Shown: positions 60,501-64,000 of the stretch, in pieces
Numbering within the stretch: the first letter of the stretch is position 1
Layout of the letters: each line of letters opens with the position of its first letter
From: Macrostomum lignano
Taxonomy: Eukaryota
NCBI GenBank assembly: GCA_002269645.1
Contig: NIVC01004023.1
Location: 52-64,051 of the forward strand
Length of the DNA: 64,000 nucleotides
Direction of reading: 5' to 3'
Translations under genes and position numbers: made by a program
Notes under the pieces: generated by a model
The model's database searches: none
Seen by the model: the letters and a program-made list of their open reading frames with translations, nothing else
Told to the model about the DNA's origin: nothing

Positions 60501-63500
60501 GCACTTATGCAAGATGAAACCACTCAGGGAATTTTACTAACTAATGGCATTGTATCGGATGCGATGATTGCTGATACGTCTTTGTATAAATCTTTTATTT
60601 TAAAGGTAGGTAACTGCCTCCACCTCCATCAGCTCGGATGCTAATTAGCAAACGGCTTAAATTCGATTAGCTCGTAAGAATCTCGAAAGCAAAGCCTTTT
60701 AATTAATGCATTAACCGAAAGATTAGAGGAAGACTTATCTCGTGGGATAACTATCTCAATAGTGATTAGACTACGAGCAGTAGACGCGGAATAACTTTCC
60801 CCATCGTGCTCACGTGTGTCTACTCAGATTCCTTCTGGTTTCAATATCGGATGGAAAAACGGACGGCTGCTCAGCGGCGGTGCGGAGAGGAAAATAATTG
60901 AGAAACGGCCCAGGACTAGGTCGTGCCCCTATGTCCAAGGTTGAAGCAAGCCTGCTGATATGACCGACTCAGAGCTCCGTTCCGTGCTGCCTGGCGTCCT
61001 CTTACCCTCCGCTGGGCACTTCTAAACCTCTCAAGCCTGGGGAGAAATGAATTCAGCCCCTGCCAGCCCGGGAAAGAAGAAAGAGTAAAGCAGAAGAAAG
61101 AAGCTGGAAAGACTCGAAAAAGAGGAGGTTGCGATGAGGAAGAGATGGAGGAGCAACGAAGGGGGCCATGGCTGGGGCTTAAATTCGAGTCCGTGATTAA
61201 GGATGGGATAGGGGAAGGCTGATACGAATGCCTGCTATAGCGGCATTTCTCCACGTTTCTCCTGCCCCTTTCACAATGTGGGGCATCACCTTGCAGGAAC
61301 TAGCAGAGCCAACAGAACCTACCTATGATCGGGAATTTGATCAACTGGCAACCACGAGAGCCTGCACTTTTCGCTATTCTGTCCTAGCTTTCACCTAGCT
61401 CTCAGGTAACAGAGGGTGCGGTCAGAACTGCCCAGGATGCTCACCAGTGCTGTATCGCTGCCGCCAACAATGCTGACTCCGAGGCTGCTGTCGCCTTTGT
61501 TGATCTCTATAACCGTCTCCCTGCCCACCTGGATTTCGCAGGTGCCGGGATTCGGTGCTGGGCCTGACGAGCCAGCCAGCAACTCTTCGCCTGCGGCCGA
61601 ACCCGCCGTTGCCGCCGAGGCTGGGACGCTGGAGCCGCCGCCGCTGCCGCCGCTGAAGCTGGGGCCGGTGACAACGCTGTCGAGGAGACTTGCGGCTGGC
61701 CGTCAGTTCGGCCGGTTCTAACCATTGTTTTTGCTGCTTCTGTTGCTGCTGCCGCTGCTATTGCAGGAGACGCTTCTGCTTTCGGCTCAGGCTGCTGTTG
61801 CTGCTTGCCTGTGGGAAGCAAAATATTGATATACTTTTGGAGTCGAATCTGCAACTCTCGAGCAGCCAATGGGACAATGGCTCAGCGGAGACCTTGATGG
61901 ATCACGTTGGCGTAGGGAGGCAACTGAGGACACCGTTTCATTGGCTGACAGAGCACTGCGACATCTACAGTGAGGCCCCAATGCAGCTCGTTCATCCATT
62001 TGGGATGGTCTTCAGATCCGGGTCGGGGGTGGGAAAGAACCGCTTCTAATTCTCCAGAAATTGTGCTTCGTTCGTTAGAGAGCACGATTGAAAAGTCGCC
62101 GTGTCCAACAGGAAGGAAGGAGCGATGGCCCCCGGCAACTGAAAAGAGAGTAAAGAAGAGAGCGGAAGAGCGGACGGACGGACGGACCGACGGACGGACG
62201 GACCGACGGACGGACGGACGTGGGATGAAGAGAGGCGGCGGGAAGCTGGGAGAGCCTCCTTAATCCTGTGCCGTGAAGCGAACCTGCGCGCATAGGCCCG
62301 ACAACACTCGAACTGTTTTTCTTGCCATCTCGCTTCATTCCATCTCGCCCTCCCCGCCGCGCTTTGCAGCGTCAAACCACCCGCCGCGTACCGTCGCCGC
62401 GGTTTGACCACCGACCGGCGCGTTCTTCCACTTCAGTTCACGGGCGTTTCCCGTCCGTCGAAACCCCGGCTGCTCTGCCAGCCTGGCCAGGCCCCCCTTC
62501 CTGTCACAGCCCGTGTCCGGGATCCGCGGCAGGCAAACAGTACAGAAAACTGCTGTACGCAAGTTTCTCGCAGGCAGACATTTCCTATTCATATAAACGT
62601 TAATTAGTTTCAATAGAGCGTGCAGGGAGCTGTTTTTAAGAGTGGACAGATGGATGGACGGCTAGATGAAAAACAGACGATTTAGATGGACAGACTGACC
62701 GACAGACACTAGGACAGACATTAGGACAGACACTAAGACAGACACTAAGATAGACACTAAGACAGACACTAAGACAGACACTAAGACAGACACTAGGACA
62801 GACACGAGGACAGACATTAGGACAGACACTAAGGTAGACACTAAGACAGACACTAAGACAGACACTAAGACAGACACGAGGACAGACACGAGGACAGACA
62901 TTAGGACAGACACTAAGGTAGACACTAAGGTAGACAATAGGACAGACACTAGGACAGACAATAGGACAGACACTAGGACAGACAATAGGACAGACACTAA
63001 GACAGACACTAGGACAGACACTAGGACAGACACTAGGACAGACACTAGGACAGACACTAGGACAGACACGAGGACAGACATTAGGACAGACACTAAGGTA
63101 GACACTAAGGTAGACAATAGGACAGACACTAGGACAGATACTGAAACAGACACTAAGACAGACACTAGGACAGACACTAGGACAGACAATAGGACAGACA
63201 ATAGGACAGACACTAGGACAGACAATAGGACAGACACTAGGACAGACAATAGGACAGACACTAAGACAGACAATAGGACAGACACTAGGACAGACAATAG
63301 GACAGACACTAAGACAGACAATAGGACAGACACTAGGACAGACAATAGGACAGACACTAAGACAGACAATAGGACAGACACTAGGACAGACAATAGGACA
63401 GTTATTAACACAGCAAGCTCACCGTCGATTACGTCGCTCTTCGTCGTGGCCAATCGAACCTCCTTCTTCACTGTCGCTGCCGCCGCCGCTGCCGCCGCGG

Positions 63501-63752
63501 CAGCCGCAGCTGTCGCCGGATCATTTTTTCGACCAACGGTGATTCTGACGACGCCAGTCATTGAGCGCAGGCGATCGAGCGCCTCATCGTAGGTGGCCTC
63601 GGCCAGCTCGACTCGTTGGCCTGCAGGAGGCGATCCCGCGGTCCGCAGGGTGCCATCTCCGCCGCCGGCCCCCGTCCGTGATGTGCTTCACGTAGATACC
63701 CAGCTCGTCGTTGAAGTTGCGCTCCATGATGCGAATCCCAGGCCCTGTTGCC
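54583..63752 (-). CDS. MPDZ: Multi-PDZ-domain scaffold (MPDZ/MUPP1/PATJ-like), 3' part; gene continues beyond the window end
   Basis: Exons 63752-63423, 61808-61445, 59184-58876, 58734-58618, 58530-58449, 55904-55705 and 55005-54583, GT-AG with matching phases. Signatures: [23 protein letters not shown]|..[36 protein letters not shown]|[27 protein letters not shown]...[10 protein letters not shown]. One missing base at 61623-61625 and several in the 63.6-63.75-kb exon. Confidence 0.9.
55211..55522 (-). mobile_element. Second copy of the tRNA-derived CORE-like SINE, in the last MPDZ intron
   Basis: The reverse complement aligns along the full length with 40985-41280. Confidence 0.88.
56712..57110. 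repeat. 19-bp minisatellite (CGACACCCACCTCACTCCA)n
   Basis: Direct reading. Confidence 0.92.
59322..59570. repeat. Second, more degenerate array of the same 19-bp minisatellite
   Basis: Same unit and orientation as 56712-57110. Confidence 0.88.
62695..63400. repeat. 12-bp GACA-derived minisatellite (GACAGACACTAR)n
   Basis: Direct reading; explains the [11 protein letters not shown] tail. Confidence 0.95.
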
Positions 63753-63859
63753 CTGCACGATGTGGGTGGGGTTCGGCAACTTTTTTTAGGCAGGCATTTG
63801 GGCTTACAACGAGAACGCACGGAGAAAGCATGAGAATGTACATGTATATTCTAATACTT

Positions 63860-64000
63860 ACTTCTCTCCTCCCCGTCTCTCCTCTCCTCTCCGTGTTCTC
63901 CTCCCCGTCTCTCTCCTGCCCGTCTCTCCTTCCCTGTCTCTCTCTTCCCCGTCTCTCTCCTTGCCGGTCTCTCTCCTTGCCCGTCCTCTCCTCCTGTCTC
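63860..64000. repeat. CT-rich low-complexity repeat
   Basis: Direct reading. Confidence 0.8.

Noticed and set aside
59700-61270. Unique-looking intronic sequence with short ORFs
   Set aside because: No motif, terminal repeat or second copy is visible in the window. It is probably an interspersed repeat but cannot be supported without a database search.
61835-62613. ORFs at 61787-62085 and 62335-62613 as additional MPDZ exons
   Set aside because: Exon 63752-63423 joins 61808 directly in phase 1. The alternative needs a 26-bp intron, and these frames show no PDZ features.

Overview
This window is eukaryotic (animal) genomic DNA, not prokaryotic. It has spliced GT-AG genes with introns packed with 12-61 bp minisatellites. 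The gene set and repeat style suggest a free-living flatworm such as Macrostomum; that is an inference, not verified. Most long ORFs in the supplied track are artefacts of tandem repeats. Reconstructed genes: TPPP/p25-alpha (-), a partial single-pass membrane protein with a PPxY tail (-), a myosin regulatory light chain (-), a LicD/fukutin-family transferase (+), the 3' part of an MPDZ/PATJ-like multi-PDZ gene (-), and an 8-exon gene (-, 543 aa) for a secreted, cysteine-free, all-helical protein built from four ~125-aa repeats that I cannot assign to a family. Mobile elements: a near-intact RNase H-bearing LINE inside a minisatellite, RTE and LINE fragments, a hAT deletion derivative and a hAT-type MITE (both with exact 8-bp TSDs), a second hAT-type MITE, two tRNA-derived CORE-like SINEs, a 0.9-kb foldback element and a 3.6-kb inverted duplication with outward-facing promoter-like motifs. 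Several single-base frameshifts fall in short homopolymer runs, which suggests long-read consensus errors. No rRNA, genuine tRNA or CRISPR array is present.
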